Notes: generated by a model from the letters alone, not told the origin. A stretch of DNA of 64,000 bases from Rhynchopus sp. YZ270_cl-10 (GCA_964035575.1 OZ037838.1:1674001-1738000); one strand, 5' to 3'; positions 1-11,676 are shown, counted from the stretch's first letter. Made by a program: numbers and translations.

Positions 1-1
1 C

Positions 2-607
2 GGCTCCTTGCAGTCTGTGTTCGCGTGTGGTGATGTTGTTGTCTCCCGTGGCGAACACGGCGTCTCCGTGTATGACGAAGACCTGACGTTGCTCCGCACT
101 CTCTCGCATCACAAAGGGTGCTGGCTCGTAGCAGTGTCTGACTGTGGTGGGTGGGTGATCACCTCCTCCACGAGGGAGGAGAAGGTAAGTCTGTGGGATG
201 TGAACACAGGTGAAGCTGTGGCATGTGTGCCTGTGGATGCGTGGTGTGTGGCACTTTCACGATCTGCCTCTGTCTTTGCTGTGGAGTGCTCTGGCAACGT
301 GCAGCTCTATGACTGGAGTGGTGCAGCTCTTCGCACTATTGATGTGGGTGGGGATGTCGAGGGCATGCAGTTCACCCCGTGTGGGAAGTACCTTGTGGTG
401 AGGGTAGAGGGTACGGATTCTGATGATGACACAGATGACGATCACAATACACCCCTGCACCAGTATGATGTGGCGACCATGTCCTGTGTGCGTGTGATAC
501 CAAATGTCCAACGGTTTGCGATATCGCCGTGTTCACGTGTGGTTGTGGTATTGGAAGAAGATGGCAACATTGCGACGAGACATCTATACCCACACAACAG
601 TGAGTGA
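2..607 (+). CDS. Ubl-WD40 family member, 3' part only (5' end lies before the window)
   Basis: Open frame with family motifs VSVYDEDLTLLR, LWDVNTGEAVACVP, QFTPCGKYL, AISPCSRV; stop TGA 605-607. Confidence 0.85.
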   Translation, partial: GSLQSVFACGDVVVSRGEHGVSVYDEDLTLLRTLSHHKGCWLVAVSDCGGWVITSSTREEKVSLWDVNTGEAVACVPVDAWCVALSRSASVFAVECSGNVQLYDWSGAALRTIDVGGDVEGMQFTPCGKYLVVRVEGTDSDDDTDDDHNTPLHQYDVATMSCVRVIPNVQRFAISPCSRVVVVLEEDGNIATRHLYPHNSE

Positions 608-787
608 TGTGTGACCAGGGGAGGGTGGTGATGAATATAACCCAGGGTACCAACAAAAACACCCAAGACCCTCAAAACACTCCCAAAAGCTCTCTTTTTA
701 GCCTTGTTGCACATATTCTCTCTTCTTGTCATTGCGAAGTGACACCACACTAACCATCACATCAAACAAAACAGACCCCTTAACAAC

Positions 788-1947
788 ATGATGGATGTGA
801 CCTTTGTGCTGGAAGAGTCAGGTGTGACTGCGACAGTGGAGGTGCCGTGCGAGGCGGACGCTGCAGCGGCAAAGGAGGTTGCGTGCACGGCGCTTGCTGT
901 CTCGCCTGCGTCTGTCGAGATGCGCATCGGCACGCAGGTGCTGGAGGGGACGTGCCGTCTGCAGGACACTGCGTTTGATTCAGGGATGCAGGTTGTGCTT
1001 GCCTGTCCTCGCTTTGCCGACATCAAGTGTCCTGCTGAGTACCGTACATGGCAGAGCTTATCCCACTTCTCGTTGTCTCCTTGTGGAACGCTCTGCCTCT
1101 ATTTGCACTTTAAAGGTTTCAATCTCAGTGTCGGTTCCAGTTTTGGTGCCATCGGCTTTGACACAGAAACCTTCGAGACTACCTTCAAGTTTGAAACCGA
1201 ACTTGGTGGGCTAGGTCCAGCTGCCATCTCACGGTGCAAGACACACTGCTACATGGCGTTTAAGCATTATCTTGCCAAGGTTGCGCTTCCGGGTGGGGAG
1301 GTGGTCCGCAAAGTCGACGGCCTCTCGACGTCGGTGTTTGCGTGTGGCGATGTTGTTGTCTCGCAAGGCACAGACTGCGTCTCTGTGTATGACGAAGACC
1401 TGACGTTGCTCCGCTCTCTCTCACACGAAGGATACAGGAAGGTGGCAGTGTCGGGCTGTGGTGGTGGGTGATCACCTCCTCCTTCACGGAGCAAAACGCA
1501 CGTCTGTGGGATGTGAACACAGGTGAAGCTGTGGCATGTGTGCCTGCGGATGGGAGTCATGTGGCGCTTTCACGGTGTGCCTCTGTCTTTGCTGTGGAGT
1601 GCTCTGGCAACGTGCAACTCTACGACTGGAGTGGTGCGGCTCTTGGCAGCTTCGATAAAGGGCAGTTTCGCGTCTCTTGCATGCGCTTCACTCCGTGTGG
1701 GAAGTACGTCGTTGTTGCGTTTGTGAGCGGTAGGTATGACGGTTCTGAAGAGCACACCCGTATGACACACCAGTATGATGTGGCGACCATGTCCTGTGTG
1801 CATGTGATACCAAATGCCTACGAAGCATTTGTGATATCGACGTGTTCACATGTGGTTTTATTAGAGTCAGGAGAAAGTGACGACCTTGTGTCACAGCATC
1901 TGTACCCCTACTTGAGTGATGTTTCGGATGAAAACAGAGAAGAGTAG
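788..1947 (+). pseudogene. Ubl-WD40 family member, frameshifted
   Basis: ORFs 788-1471 and 1468-1947 join; tgtggtggtgggtgatc at ~1457-1473 lacks one G relative to tgtggtgggtgggtgatc in other copies (could be a sequencing error). Confidence 0.75.
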
Positions 1948-2379
1948 CCCTGATGAGCACAACAGCGTGCAGCTCTATGATTGTAGCAGTGCGGCTCTTT
2001 GCAGCTTTGATGAAGCATGGGCACGTCTGGATGCGTATCCTCCTCCTCTCACCCGTACTTCAGGACGCGCGTTTTGGGGGTTTTCGGGACTTTTGGGGTT
2101 TGAAATATTTAATGGATGGATGGAAGAAAATGCCGATGGACTGAGCGATCAACAAACAACCAATCAATAAAGAAGGGGGTATTTCATTTTGATATACCGG
2201 TATTGAGGATAACGACCACACCACCCTTTACCTCTCTTTTTCGCTTTTGCTTTGTTCAAACCCTCGTTTGTTCTGTGCTGGTGGAATCGAGAACAACGAA
2301 ACCATCACAAACACACAAAACAAAACAACCCACACCTCATCTCCTCCCAACAGAGGTGGAACAAGAAGAAGACAAAACA

Positions 2380-3531
2380 ATGGATGTGACCCTTGTGCTG
2401 GAAGAGTCAGGCGTGACTGCGACAGTGGAGGTGCCGTGCGAGGCGGACGTTGCAGCGGCAAAGGAGGTTGCGTGCACGGCGCTTGCTGTCTCGCCTGCGT
2501 CTGTCGAGATGCGCATCGGCACGCAGGTGCTGGAGGGGACGTGCCGTCTGCAGGACACTGCGTTTGATGCAGGGGTGCAGGTTGTGCTTGCCCGCCGCTT
2601 TGCCGACATCAAGTGTCCTGCTAAACACAGTGTGCCGGAAGACTTGTGTAACTTCTCGTTGTCTCCTTGTGGAACGCTCTGTCTCTATTTCCACTTGAAA
2701 TATTTTTCCAATCCCGATGGTGGTATCGGTAGTACCGGCGTCGGCTTTTACACAGAAACCTTCGAGACTGCCTTCAAGTTTGAAATCGAATTCGGTGGGC
2801 TTGGTCCAGCTGCCATCTCACGGTGCAAGACACACTGCTACATGGCGTTCAGGCGTTGTCTTGCCAAGGTTGCGCTTCCGGGTGGGGAGGTGGTCCGCAA
2901 GGTCGAAGGCAACTCTACGTGGGTGTTTGCGTGTGGTGGTGTTGTTGTCTCCCAAGGTGAAGACGGCGTCTCTGTGTATGACGAAGACCTGACGTTGCTC
3001 CGCTTTCTCTCACACACAGGGTGCAACGAGGGGTATGGAAACGGCATGGCAGTGTCTGACTGTGGTGGGTGGGTGATCACCTCCTCCAACACTGAGCAGA
3101 ACGTACGTCTGTGGGATGTGAACACGGGTGAAGCTGTGGCATGTGTTCCTGCAGATGGGAGACACGTGGCCTATTCACGGTGTGCCTCTGTCTTTGCTGT
3201 GGAGTGCTCTGACAAAGTGCAGCTCTATGACTGGAGTGGTGCGGCTCTTCGCAGTGTTGATGTGGATGGGGATGTCGGGGATATGCAGTTCACCCCGTGT
3301 GGGAAGTACCTTGTGGTTAGGGTAGAGGGTACAGAATCGGAATACGATTCTGATGATGACACAGAGGACAATTACAATACACCCCTGCACCAGTATGATG
3401 TGGCGACCATGTCCTGTGTGCGTGTGATACCACATGCCCGACGGTTTGTGATAGCACCGTGTTCACGTGTGGTTTTGTTTGAGTCAGGAGATAGTTACGA
3501 CCTTGTGTCACAGCATTTGTACCCCTACTGA
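2380..3531 (+). CDS. Ubl-WD40 family protein
   Basis: ATG 2380 starts the shared MDVT..LEESGVTATVEVP domain; all 7 repeat motifs present. Confidence 0.9.
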   Translation: MDVTLVLEESGVTATVEVPCEADVAAAKEVACTALAVSPASVEMRIGTQVLEGTCRLQDTAFDAGVQVVLARRFADIKCPAKHSVPEDLCNFSLSPCGTLCLYFHLKYFSNPDGGIGSTGVGFYTETFETAFKFEIEFGGLGPAAISRCKTHCYMAFRRCLAKVALPGGEVVRKVEGNSTWVFACGGVVVSQGEDGVSVYDEDLTLLRFLSHTGCNEGYGNGMAVSDCGGWVITSSNTEQNVRLWDVNTGEAVACVPADGRHVAYSRCASVFAVECSDKVQLYDWSGAALRSVDVDGDVGDMQFTPCGKYLVVRVEGTESEYDSDDDTEDNYNTPLHQYDVATMSCVRVIPHARRFVIAPCSRVVLFESGDSYDLVSQHLYPY

Positions 3532-4150
3532 GCGATGCAGTGCACCCTGTGTGGGAAGTACCTCCTCGCTGTCGCTGAGTACTGCGGTGTGTTGCTATCG
3601 TGCGTTGCATCAGTATTTGCGTTGCACCCTCTACCTACTGGCCTGTGAGGGAATTCATTTTGAGACATTTTGAGTCATTTTTAGTAAACACGTAGTATTT
3701 GACAAAATGCTCGAGACCCTCGTTCAGGCAAACACAACCATATCGTAAATCAAGTCGAAGAAGAAAAAAATGGTGGAAGCGAACAACCTTTACTTTCCCC
3801 CCCGTTTATAGTCTTTTGAGCAACAAGCAAAGAGGAACAAGTCTCTCGAGCATTTTCACGATAACGACCACACCACCCTTTTACTTCTCTTTTTCACTTT
3901 TGCTTTGTTAAGACCCTCTTCTGTTGGTGGAAACTACAGACACAACGAAAACATCACAACACACATAACAACGCACATCTCATCTCCTTCTACCCACATT
4001 GAGTTGCAGCCACAACCACAACCTACCACACCCTCTCTAGCCCACCCTGTTTTGCACCTTTTCGCCCTTTTCCAGAAAAAGATAAAGCAACAAAAAAGCA
4101 GCACCAAAACACGAGACCACTGACCTTTGTTTTGCTCCACTTCTATACCT

Positions 4151-4371
4151 GGTACCTTGTGGTGGGGGTAGAGGGTACGGAATCTGATGATGACACAGAT
4201 GACGATCCCAAGAAACCCCTGCACCAGTATGATGTGGCGACCATGTCCTGTGTGCGTGTGTTACCGCAATGCACAGATGCATTTGCGATATCACCGTGTT
4301 CACGTGTTGTGGTACTCGAAGAAGATGGCAAAATTATAACAAGACATTTGTACCTACACAACAGTGTGTGA
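4151..4371 (+). pseudogene. 3'-terminal relic of a Ubl-WD40 gene
   Basis: YLVVGVEGTESDDDTDDDPKKPLHQYDVATMSCVRV...RHLYLHNSV closely matches the end of the copy at 2-607; no 5' part. Confidence 0.8.
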
Positions 4372-4562
4372 CCAGGGGAGGGGAGGGTGGGTGGTGATGA
4401 ATATAACCCAAGTGCTAACAAAACAACCCAAGACTTTCAAAAACCCCCAAAAGCTTTCTTCTCTCTAACGCTGTTGCAGGAACATGTATTCTCCCTTCTT
4501 ATTTGTCATTGCGAAGTGACACCACCAACCCTCACATCAAACACAACAGACCCCTTAACAAT

Positions 4563-5714
4563 ATGATGGATGTGACCTTTGTGCTGGAAGAGTCAGGCGT
4601 GACTGCGACAGTGGAGGTGCCGTGCGAGGCGGACGTTGCAGCGGCAAAGGAGGTTGCGTGCACGGCGCTTGCTGTCTCGCCTGCGTCTGTCGAGATGCGC
4701 ATCGGCACGCAGGTGCTGGAGGGGACGTGCCGTCTGCAGGACACTGCGTTTGATGCAGGGGTGCAGGTTGTGCTTGCCTGCCGCTTTGCCGACATCAAGT
4801 GTCCTGCTGAGTACAGTGTAGAGGCTCCAACTGGTGGGCAGGGGATTAATGTATATCTTTTATCGCTGTCTCCTTGTGGAGCACTCTGCCTCTTTGCACA
4901 GACGGGGGGATATGTCACCGGCCTCGATACAAAAATCTTCAAGACTGCCTTCAACTTCAAAGTAGACATTGAGGTGTACGGTGCACCCGCCATCTCACGA
5001 TGCAATACACGCTGCTACCTGGCGTGTGGGGATTGCCTTCTCGAGGTCGCACCTCCGGGTGGGGAGGTGCTCCGCAAAGTCGACGGCCCTTCGTACGAAG
5101 TGGTCGCGTGTGGTGGTGTTGTTGTCTCCCAAGGCGAAGGAAGCGTCTCTGTGTATGACGAAGACTTGACGTTGCTCCGCTCTCTCAGACACAAGGGGTG
5201 CACCGAGTGGGGCGGGAGCGTGGCAGTGTCTGACTGTGGTGGGTGGGCCATCTCTTCCTCCTTCAGTGAGAAGAATGCACGTCTGTGGGATGTGAACACA
5301 GGTGAAGCTGTGGCATGTGTGCCTGTGTCAAGGTGCGCTGTAGCTCTTTCAAGCTCTGCCTCTGTCTTTGCTGTAAGGATCAATGTGGGTCGTATGGCCG
5401 CGACACCGAGTGTGCAGCTCTACGACTGGAGTGGTGCGTCCCTTCAGAACGTCACTATCTCTGGCGATGTACGTGACCTGCGATTCACCCCGTGTGGGAA
5501 GTACCTTGTGGTCCGTGTACGAAAGCGTACCGACGATGGCGAACTACATGCAGAGCTGCAACAGTATGATGTGGCGACTATGTCCTGTGTGCATGTGATA
5601 CCGGACGTCACCGGTTACTCATTTGCGATATCACCGTGTTCGCGTGTGGTTATGTTTCTATCATCCGACAACACCACCATTGTGACAAGACATCTGCACC
5701 CCCACAACGTGTGA
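4563..5714 (+). CDS. Ubl-WD40 family protein
   Basis: Intact ORF from MMDVTFVLEESG; family motifs. Confidence 0.9.
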   Translation: MMDVTFVLEESGVTATVEVPCEADVAAAKEVACTALAVSPASVEMRIGTQVLEGTCRLQDTAFDAGVQVVLACRFADIKCPAEYSVEAPTGGQGINVYLLSLSPCGALCLFAQTGGYVTGLDTKIFKTAFNFKVDIEVYGAPAISRCNTRCYLACGDCLLEVAPPGGEVLRKVDGPSYEVVACGGVVVSQGEGSVSVYDEDLTLLRSLRHKGCTEWGGSVAVSDCGGWAISSSFSEKNARLWDVNTGEAVACVPVSRCAVALSSSASVFAVRINVGRMAATPSVQLYDWSGASLQNVTISGDVRDLRFTPCGKYLVVRVRKRTDDGELHAELQQYDVATMSCVHVIPDVTGYSFAISPCSRVVMFLSSDNTTIVTRHLHPHNV

Positions 5715-6074
5715 TGTTCATGCTTTGGCGGCAGAAGCCTGCGTCTTGCCACCACACACCTATCCAGTGATGGCAGATCTGCATCCACGAGCAAGACACC
5801 GCAGACCACCTTGTCGCAGCCGAACACCACATCGCCTCCCGCCAGGCCGCCCTCGTCGCCCTCCACACAGAGATGTGCGCCATGGTGAGACCTATTCATG
5901 TGCTCACTGCCGTTCATTTTTGTCCTGTACCCCAGAACTTTTACCCCAACCCAAAACAACGACCCCCATCCCTCGCCCCCTCTTTCCACGTGTCCACCCT
6001 CTCAGCTCCTTCAACTGTCCACCCAACAGAATAATATTATTAAATTGCAGCATACCAACACAGCTCTTGAAACA

Positions 6075-8366
6075 ATGATGGATGTGACCTTTGTGCTGGA
6101 AGAGTCAGGCGTGACTGCGACAGTGGAGGTGCCGTGCGAGGCGGACGTTGCAGCGGCAAAGGAGGTTGCGTGCACGGCGCTTGCTGTCTCGCCTGCGTCT
6201 GTCGAGATGCGCATCGGCACGCAGGTGCTGGAGGGGACGTGCCGTCTGCAGGACACTGCGTTTGATGCAGGGGTGCAGGTTGTGCTTGCCCGCCCTCGCT
6301 TGGCCGACATCAAGTGTCCTGCTCAGTACAGTACCAAGGGGGGTGCAGAACACTTGTCACTCTCGCGTTGTGGAACGCTCTGCATTTATAGAGAGTGGAG
6401 TGGGCATGTTGGCGGTTTCGACACAGAAACCTTCGACACTGTCTTCTCGTTCAAAGTGCACACTACCGACTACGGGGAAACTATCACGGCTCCACCTGCC
6501 ATCTCGCAGTGCAAGACACGCTGCTACCTGGCGTGTGGGGATGACTTACGCATGGTTGCGCTTCCGGGTGGGGAGGTGCTCCGCAAAGTTGACGACTACT
6601 CGCATTCAGTCTTCGCTTGTGGTGGTGTTGTTGCCTCGAAGGGCAAAGACGGCGTCTCTGTGTATGACGAAGACCTGACGTTGCTCCGCTTCCTCCCGCA
6701 CGAGTGTATGACGCTCCGGTGTATGAATATACGGGTTTACGGGTTTGCGGGTTTGCACGTAGAGCGCTGGCTCGGGCACATGGCACTGTCTGACTGTGGT
6801 GGATGGGTGATCACCTCCTCCCTCAGTGAGAACAACGTCCGTCTGTGGGATGTGAACACAGGTGTTGCTGTTGCATGTGTGCCTATCGAAGGTAGTTGCT
6901 ATGCAGTGGCGCTTTCTTCGTCTGCCGCTGTCTTTGCTGTGGGGGTGAACAACCTCTATGATTGGAGTGGTGCGGCTCTTCGTAGTGTTGATGTGGATAG
7001 TGGTGCCTTGGGCATGCAGTTCACCCCGTGTGGGAAGTACCTTGTGGTCAAGGTATTTGCGGATGATGATGTTGAACACGATGATGGTGATGGTGATTAC
7101 GATGTCCAACTGCACCAGTATGATGTGGCGACCATGTCCTGTGTGCGTGTGTTACCACCACAAAGCCGTGGGTCATTTGCGATATCGCCGTGTTCACGTG
7201 TTGTTGTGGTTATGCAACCAGATGGCGTCATTGTTACAAAACATCTGTACCCACACAACGTTGATGAGGAGGACTTCTGGAAGAAGGACTCTGTCGTGGC
7301 ACGCGACATGCTCCTTCATGAGCACGGCATCGATGTTGCTTCTCCACTGCCTGCCTGCTCCTATCCGTCAAGCACATTTGAGTACCATCTTGAACACATC
7401 CTCAAAAACGACAACCCAGACCAGCTTGACCTGCTCCTCCGCAGCAAGCTGGACGGGAGTACAGGGCTGACTCTGCAGCGTGCAGTGCAATGCGCAGCAC
7501 ACCGCTGCGTCGATGTGATGCTCGATGGGTTTGAACGTTCTCCAGACGATACTGCTCATGCATTGCGTAGCTCCGCATCGCACTGTTGGGGCCACGAGGA
7601 CACACCAGGGAAGGTTCTCTGCGTGCTTCGTATTTTAAGACACTGCAGGGAGCAGGGTGTGGTGGTGGATCAGCCCCAGATACTGCAGGACACATTCAAG
7701 GGCCTGATATCGAGCAGCGCAGCACACCCGAAGCTCTGCCAACTTCTCATGCGCATGGGTGCGGCAGTCACCCTCGATGTCATTCTCTCTGCACACGACG
7801 TGCATTTATCGTTTCTTCAGTCCTGCGACATCTCTCCAGACATTCTCCTTACAGGCCCCAGCAGGGGTCCTGCTGGATGGGCGACACTCAGAAACCTTGA
7901 CGTTGTGCGAAGCCTTCATGCCTCATGGTGCAAACGTGTTGACCCCGATGGTGACGAAGATGCGCAGTGGTACAGAACGATGTCGCATGTTGCGCTCAGT
8001 GGTCGCTGTGCTGATGAACGTATCGTGAAACGCATCTTTGACCTTGCGGTGCAGCTTAACGCACGACGGTGTCGTGCGCTTCCGGCTGACCATGCACAGC
8101 ACAGCCCCTCTGTGATCGGTGCAAGCCGTGTGAACAGTGTCTTCTGTGGCAACAGCGAAGGGCCGCTATGCGAGTCGCCCTGCGACCCAGGTTGCCGCTG
8201 CATCACCTGTTTGGATGAGGAGAGGTATACTGGGAGAAGGTTCTGTCTGGGTGGTGGTGGTGGTGGTGGTTGGCGCAAGGCACCTGCAGTGGTCCGTGCA
8301 CAGCGCAAGGCACGCATAGCACAGCAAATGAGCAGAGCTGCCCAGAGGTGCAGAAGGCAGCGGTAG
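6075..8366 (+). CDS. Ubl-WD40 family protein with ~370-aa C-terminal extension (degenerate ankyrin-like helices, Cys-rich tail)
   Basis: Family ORF runs past the usual HLYPHN end (~7260) into LQRAVQCAAHRCVDVML / AAHPKLCQLLMRMGA and CESPCDPGCRCITC. Confidence 0.8.
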   Translation: MMDVTFVLEESGVTATVEVPCEADVAAAKEVACTALAVSPASVEMRIGTQVLEGTCRLQDTAFDAGVQVVLARPRLADIKCPAQYSTKGGAEHLSLSRCGTLCIYREWSGHVGGFDTETFDTVFSFKVHTTDYGETITAPPAISQCKTRCYLACGDDLRMVALPGGEVLRKVDDYSHSVFACGGVVASKGKDGVSVYDEDLTLLRFLPHECMTLRCMNIRVYGFAGLHVERWLGHMALSDCGGWVITSSLSENNVRLWDVNTGVAVACVPIEGSCYAVALSSSAAVFAVGVNNLYDWSGAALRSVDVDSGALGMQFTPCGKYLVVKVFADDDVEHDDGDGDYDVQLHQYDVATMSCVRVLPPQSRGSFAISPCSRVVVVMQPDGVIVTKHLYPHNVDEEDFWKKDSVVARDMLLHEHGIDVASPLPACSYPSSTFEYHLEHILKNDNPDQLDLLLRSKLDGSTGLTLQRAVQCAAHRCVDVMLDGFERSPDDTAHALRSSASHCWGHEDTPGKVLCVLRILRHCREQGVVVDQPQILQDTFKGLISSSAAHPKLCQLLMRMGAAVTLDVILSAHDVHLSFLQSCDISPDILLTGPSRGPAGWATLRNLDVVRSLHASWCKRVDPDGDEDAQWYRTMSHVALSGRCADERIVKRIFDLAVQLNARRCRALPADHAQHSPSVIGASRVNSVFCGNSEGPLCESPCDPGCRCITCLDEERYTGRRFCLGGGGGGGWRKAPAVVRAQRKARIAQQMSRAAQRCRRQR

Positions 8367-9844
8367 AGTGCCTCCCACAGGCAGACAGAAGGTGTTGCAA
8401 TATATATATTTTTGTCCTTTGTCCCCATTTTTAGATTCAGCAAAGTGTGTAAGTCACGATCACTTTCGCACGTTGCGCACAATGCCAACGCACGCTCTAT
8501 CCTGCCCACACCTTGTTCAGTTGACAGCATATGCGAGACACACATTGTTGTGTTCTGCAGCATCCTGTTGACTTTGCCTTGGTGTCTGCCGGCTCCCTCT
8601 TGCTAACCTGAGCCGCAGGATAGAAACGTTGCGTTCTTCATTGTGCCTTCTCTTGTTTCAAAGTGGATGTGCACATGCATGTGCCAGTTTTTGTTCTTCA
8701 TTTTTAGCGATGTTGTTGTGTGGTAGCCTTTCCTCTCCTCAGCAAGTTTTGTTTTTATTATGACAAATTTGTGTTGGGAAATGATTCAAGTATCTGAGAC
8801 TTTTTGTTTATTCCCCTGCCCTTTTATTGGTGGTCCTGGGCTGGACCTTAAATTGCATCCGGGGGTCCGTTCCTCCAGAAACTCTATGAAGGTGTTGACC
8901 GCTCGAACCGATGTCTCCTACCTGAGAGATTACAAAACAGGAGGCGAGGAGGGGTATGCGGGGCGTTTTTGTGCCTTCAGGGTCTTTTTGTTTTTCAGCA
9001 ACCCTGCCTCTCCTATATCACCAGTGCATAGCCTTTGTCTTTCTGTTGGGGTATGCGGGACTTCCCCTAGTCCTCAGGGTCTAAACGCCCCTGCCCTCTT
9101 TTATGCTAGTTCACCCTGGCAGGGTATATAAATGCTGGGTCAGGCTGGCCCCCCCTATGCTATGATGGGTGCTCGCACCCGGAGCATAAATGGCCAGCGG
9201 TCAGGCCAGAGTCGCTCTACGGAGTCTCTCTGCCACGCCTTTGGGTTACGGTGTGCTGCCTGTAAGGACGTCCATGTATATCCCTAAGAGAAAGGGTGAG
9301 GCCCAACTGTCGGTACAGCATGGGGCGCCAAGAGAGAGATGTTGTGACCCCCCCGCCCACCCCTTTTTGTGTTTTTGGGTTTCTGCTCTCTTGTGTAGAC
9401 TATCGTGCATCAAGCGTTGGGTGCAGCGAACTGCAGTACCTGTAAGCTCACAACTCTTCAACGGAAGGTGGGCCGCCGGCTGTCGAGCGGTTGTGAACCG
9501 CCCTCGTTCTCTTACGGTACGGGCCAGTCATTAGGTTTCCTTTTTACATCTTCTGTTGTTGGCCGCAGGGTACTTGTGCTTTCATCCGGATGGCTGGCAT
9601 CGTACGTGGGTCAGTCGGAGGTGCCTGCATTAATAACTTCACTTTATTGTGCACTCAACTCATTTCTGTACTTCAGGAAAAGGATTTCTTCCTTTTTGAC
9701 ATTTCTGGGCAGTTTGGGTGTTTTCAAATTGCTTGCTTTGTCAGAGTTTGTTGAAACACGTATTTAACCCACCAACCTTCTTATTTGTCGTTGCGAAGTG
9801 ACACCACCAACCATCACATCAAACACAACAGACCCCTTAACAAT

Positions 9845-10972
9845 ATGATGGATGTGACCTTTGTGCTGGAAGAGTCAGGCGTGACTGCGACAGTGGAGGT
9901 GCCGTGCGAGGCGGACGTTGCAGCGGCAAAGGAGGTTGCGTGCACGGCGCTTGCGGTCTCGCCTGCGTCTGTCGAGATGCGCATCGGCACGCAGGTGCTG
10001 GAGGGGACGTGCCGTCTGCAGGACACTGCGTTTGATGCAGGGGTGCAGGTTGTGCTTGCCCGCCGCTTTGCCGACATCAAATGTCCTGCTGAGTATAGTG
10101 CACAGCGGAGTGTGAAGCACTTGTCGCTGTCGCGTTGTGGAACGCTCTGCGTCTTTGTACAGAAGAATGAGGTGTATGTCGGCTTCGACACAGAAACCTT
10201 CGACACTGTCTTCGAGTTCAAAGTGGACGGTGCTAAGCAAACCCTGCCTGCCATCTCGCAGTGCAAGACACGCTGCTACCTGGCGTATGGGGATGACTTA
10301 CGCATGGTTGCGCTTCCGGGTGGGGAGGTGATCCGCAAGGTCGACGGCCCCTCGTACTCAGTGTTTGCGTGTGGCAGTGTTGTTCTCTCCCAGGGCATAG
10401 GCGTCTCTGTGTATGACGAAGACCTGACGTTGCTCCGCTCTCTCTCGCACCAGTGCTGGGGCGTACAGAAAGTGGCTCTTTCGCATTGTGGTGGGTGGCT
10501 GCTCGCCTCCGCCCATCCCGAGAGGCAGGCCCGTCTGTGGGATGTGAACACAGGTGAAGCTGTGGCATGTGTGCCGACGGAGGGGTTGAGTGGAGTGGCG
10601 CTTTCACGGTCTGCCTCTGTCTTTGCTGTGGGGGAGAAGGACGGTGTGCACCTCTTTGATTGGAGTGGTGCGGCTCTTGGCATTATTGATGTGGATGGGT
10701 GGGATATCGAGGACACACACATGCAGTTCACTCCGTGTGGGAAGTACCTTGTAGTCAAGGTGCAGGAATATTATGACGATGAACGAGATGATGAAGGTAG
10801 TGTAGAACTGCACCAGTACGATGTGGCGACGATGTCCCGTGTGCGCGTGATTGTTGACCTTCACGCCAAGTGTTTGTCATTTGCGATATCACCGTGTTCG
10901 CGTGTGGCTGTGTTTGTGTCCTCAAGCAACACCATTGTGACGAAACCTCTGTACCCACACAACACTGAGTGA
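9845..10972 (+). CDS. Ubl-WD40 family protein
   Basis: Intact ORF, family motifs. Confidence 0.9.
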   Translation: MMDVTFVLEESGVTATVEVPCEADVAAAKEVACTALAVSPASVEMRIGTQVLEGTCRLQDTAFDAGVQVVLARRFADIKCPAEYSAQRSVKHLSLSRCGTLCVFVQKNEVYVGFDTETFDTVFEFKVDGAKQTLPAISQCKTRCYLAYGDDLRMVALPGGEVIRKVDGPSYSVFACGSVVLSQGIGVSVYDEDLTLLRSLSHQCWGVQKVALSHCGGWLLASAHPERQARLWDVNTGEAVACVPTEGLSGVALSRSASVFAVGEKDGVHLFDWSGAALGIIDVDGWDIEDTHMQFTPCGKYLVVKVQEYYDDERDDEGSVELHQYDVATMSRVRVIVDLHAKCLSFAISPCSRVAVFVSSSNTIVTKPLYPHNTE

Positions 10973-11195
10973 TGTTTTCCCTTCCTTTTTCTATTTTCTC
11001 TTCTGAGGCGGGTTGGAGTAGAGCCACATTTTACCGAGAGGTCGAGGTGCGTGCGTTTCACTACAACCTGTCCTTTTTTGTCTAACTTATTTTTATTGTT
11101 TGCGGGGGGGAAACATATAAAGGAAAAGTAGGAGTGCGGTCAATTTTTCTGTGAAAATTTTACCCGAGACATCACACCAACCCGACCCCAAAACA

Positions 11196-11255
11196 ATGGA
11201 TGTGACCTTTGTGCTGGAAGAGTCAGGCGTGACTGCGACAGTGGAGGTGCCGTGA
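11196..11255 (+). pseudogene. 5' relic of a Ubl-WD40 gene (19 codons)
   Basis: MDVTFVLEESGVTATVEVP* joined directly to the family's 3' intergenic repeat (gtgagg..attcattttgaga). Confidence 0.85.
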
Positions 11256-11676
11256 GGATTCATTTTGAGAATAACGACCACACCACGCTTTACTTCTCTT
11301 TTTCACTTTTTTTTTGCTTTGTTAAAACCCTCTTCTGTTGGTGGAAACGACAGACACAACGAAAACATCACAACACACATCACAACACACATAACAACGC
11401 ACATCTCATCTCCTTCTACCCACATTGAGTTGCAGCCACAACCACAACCTACCACACCCTCTCTAGTCCACCCTGTTTTGCACCTTTTCGCCCTTTTCCA
11501 GAAAAAAGAAAAAAGAAAACAAAAAAGCAGCACCAAAACACGAGACCACTGACCTTTATTTTCCTCCACCTCCACCACACCTCTGCACCTTCCGCTCCCC
11601 TCCTTTGCAAGTACACACAGGACACAGCATTGTCGCTTGACTCCTTCACTACACAGTGAGACACAACACAACAACC

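Noticed and set aside
2116..2379. Long N-terminal extensions in the ORF track (also 5898, 24048, 25762, 36537, 62342)
   Set aside because: Upstream sequence is spacer-like, mostly non-ATG starts, and differs among flank classes; shared homology begins at MDVT
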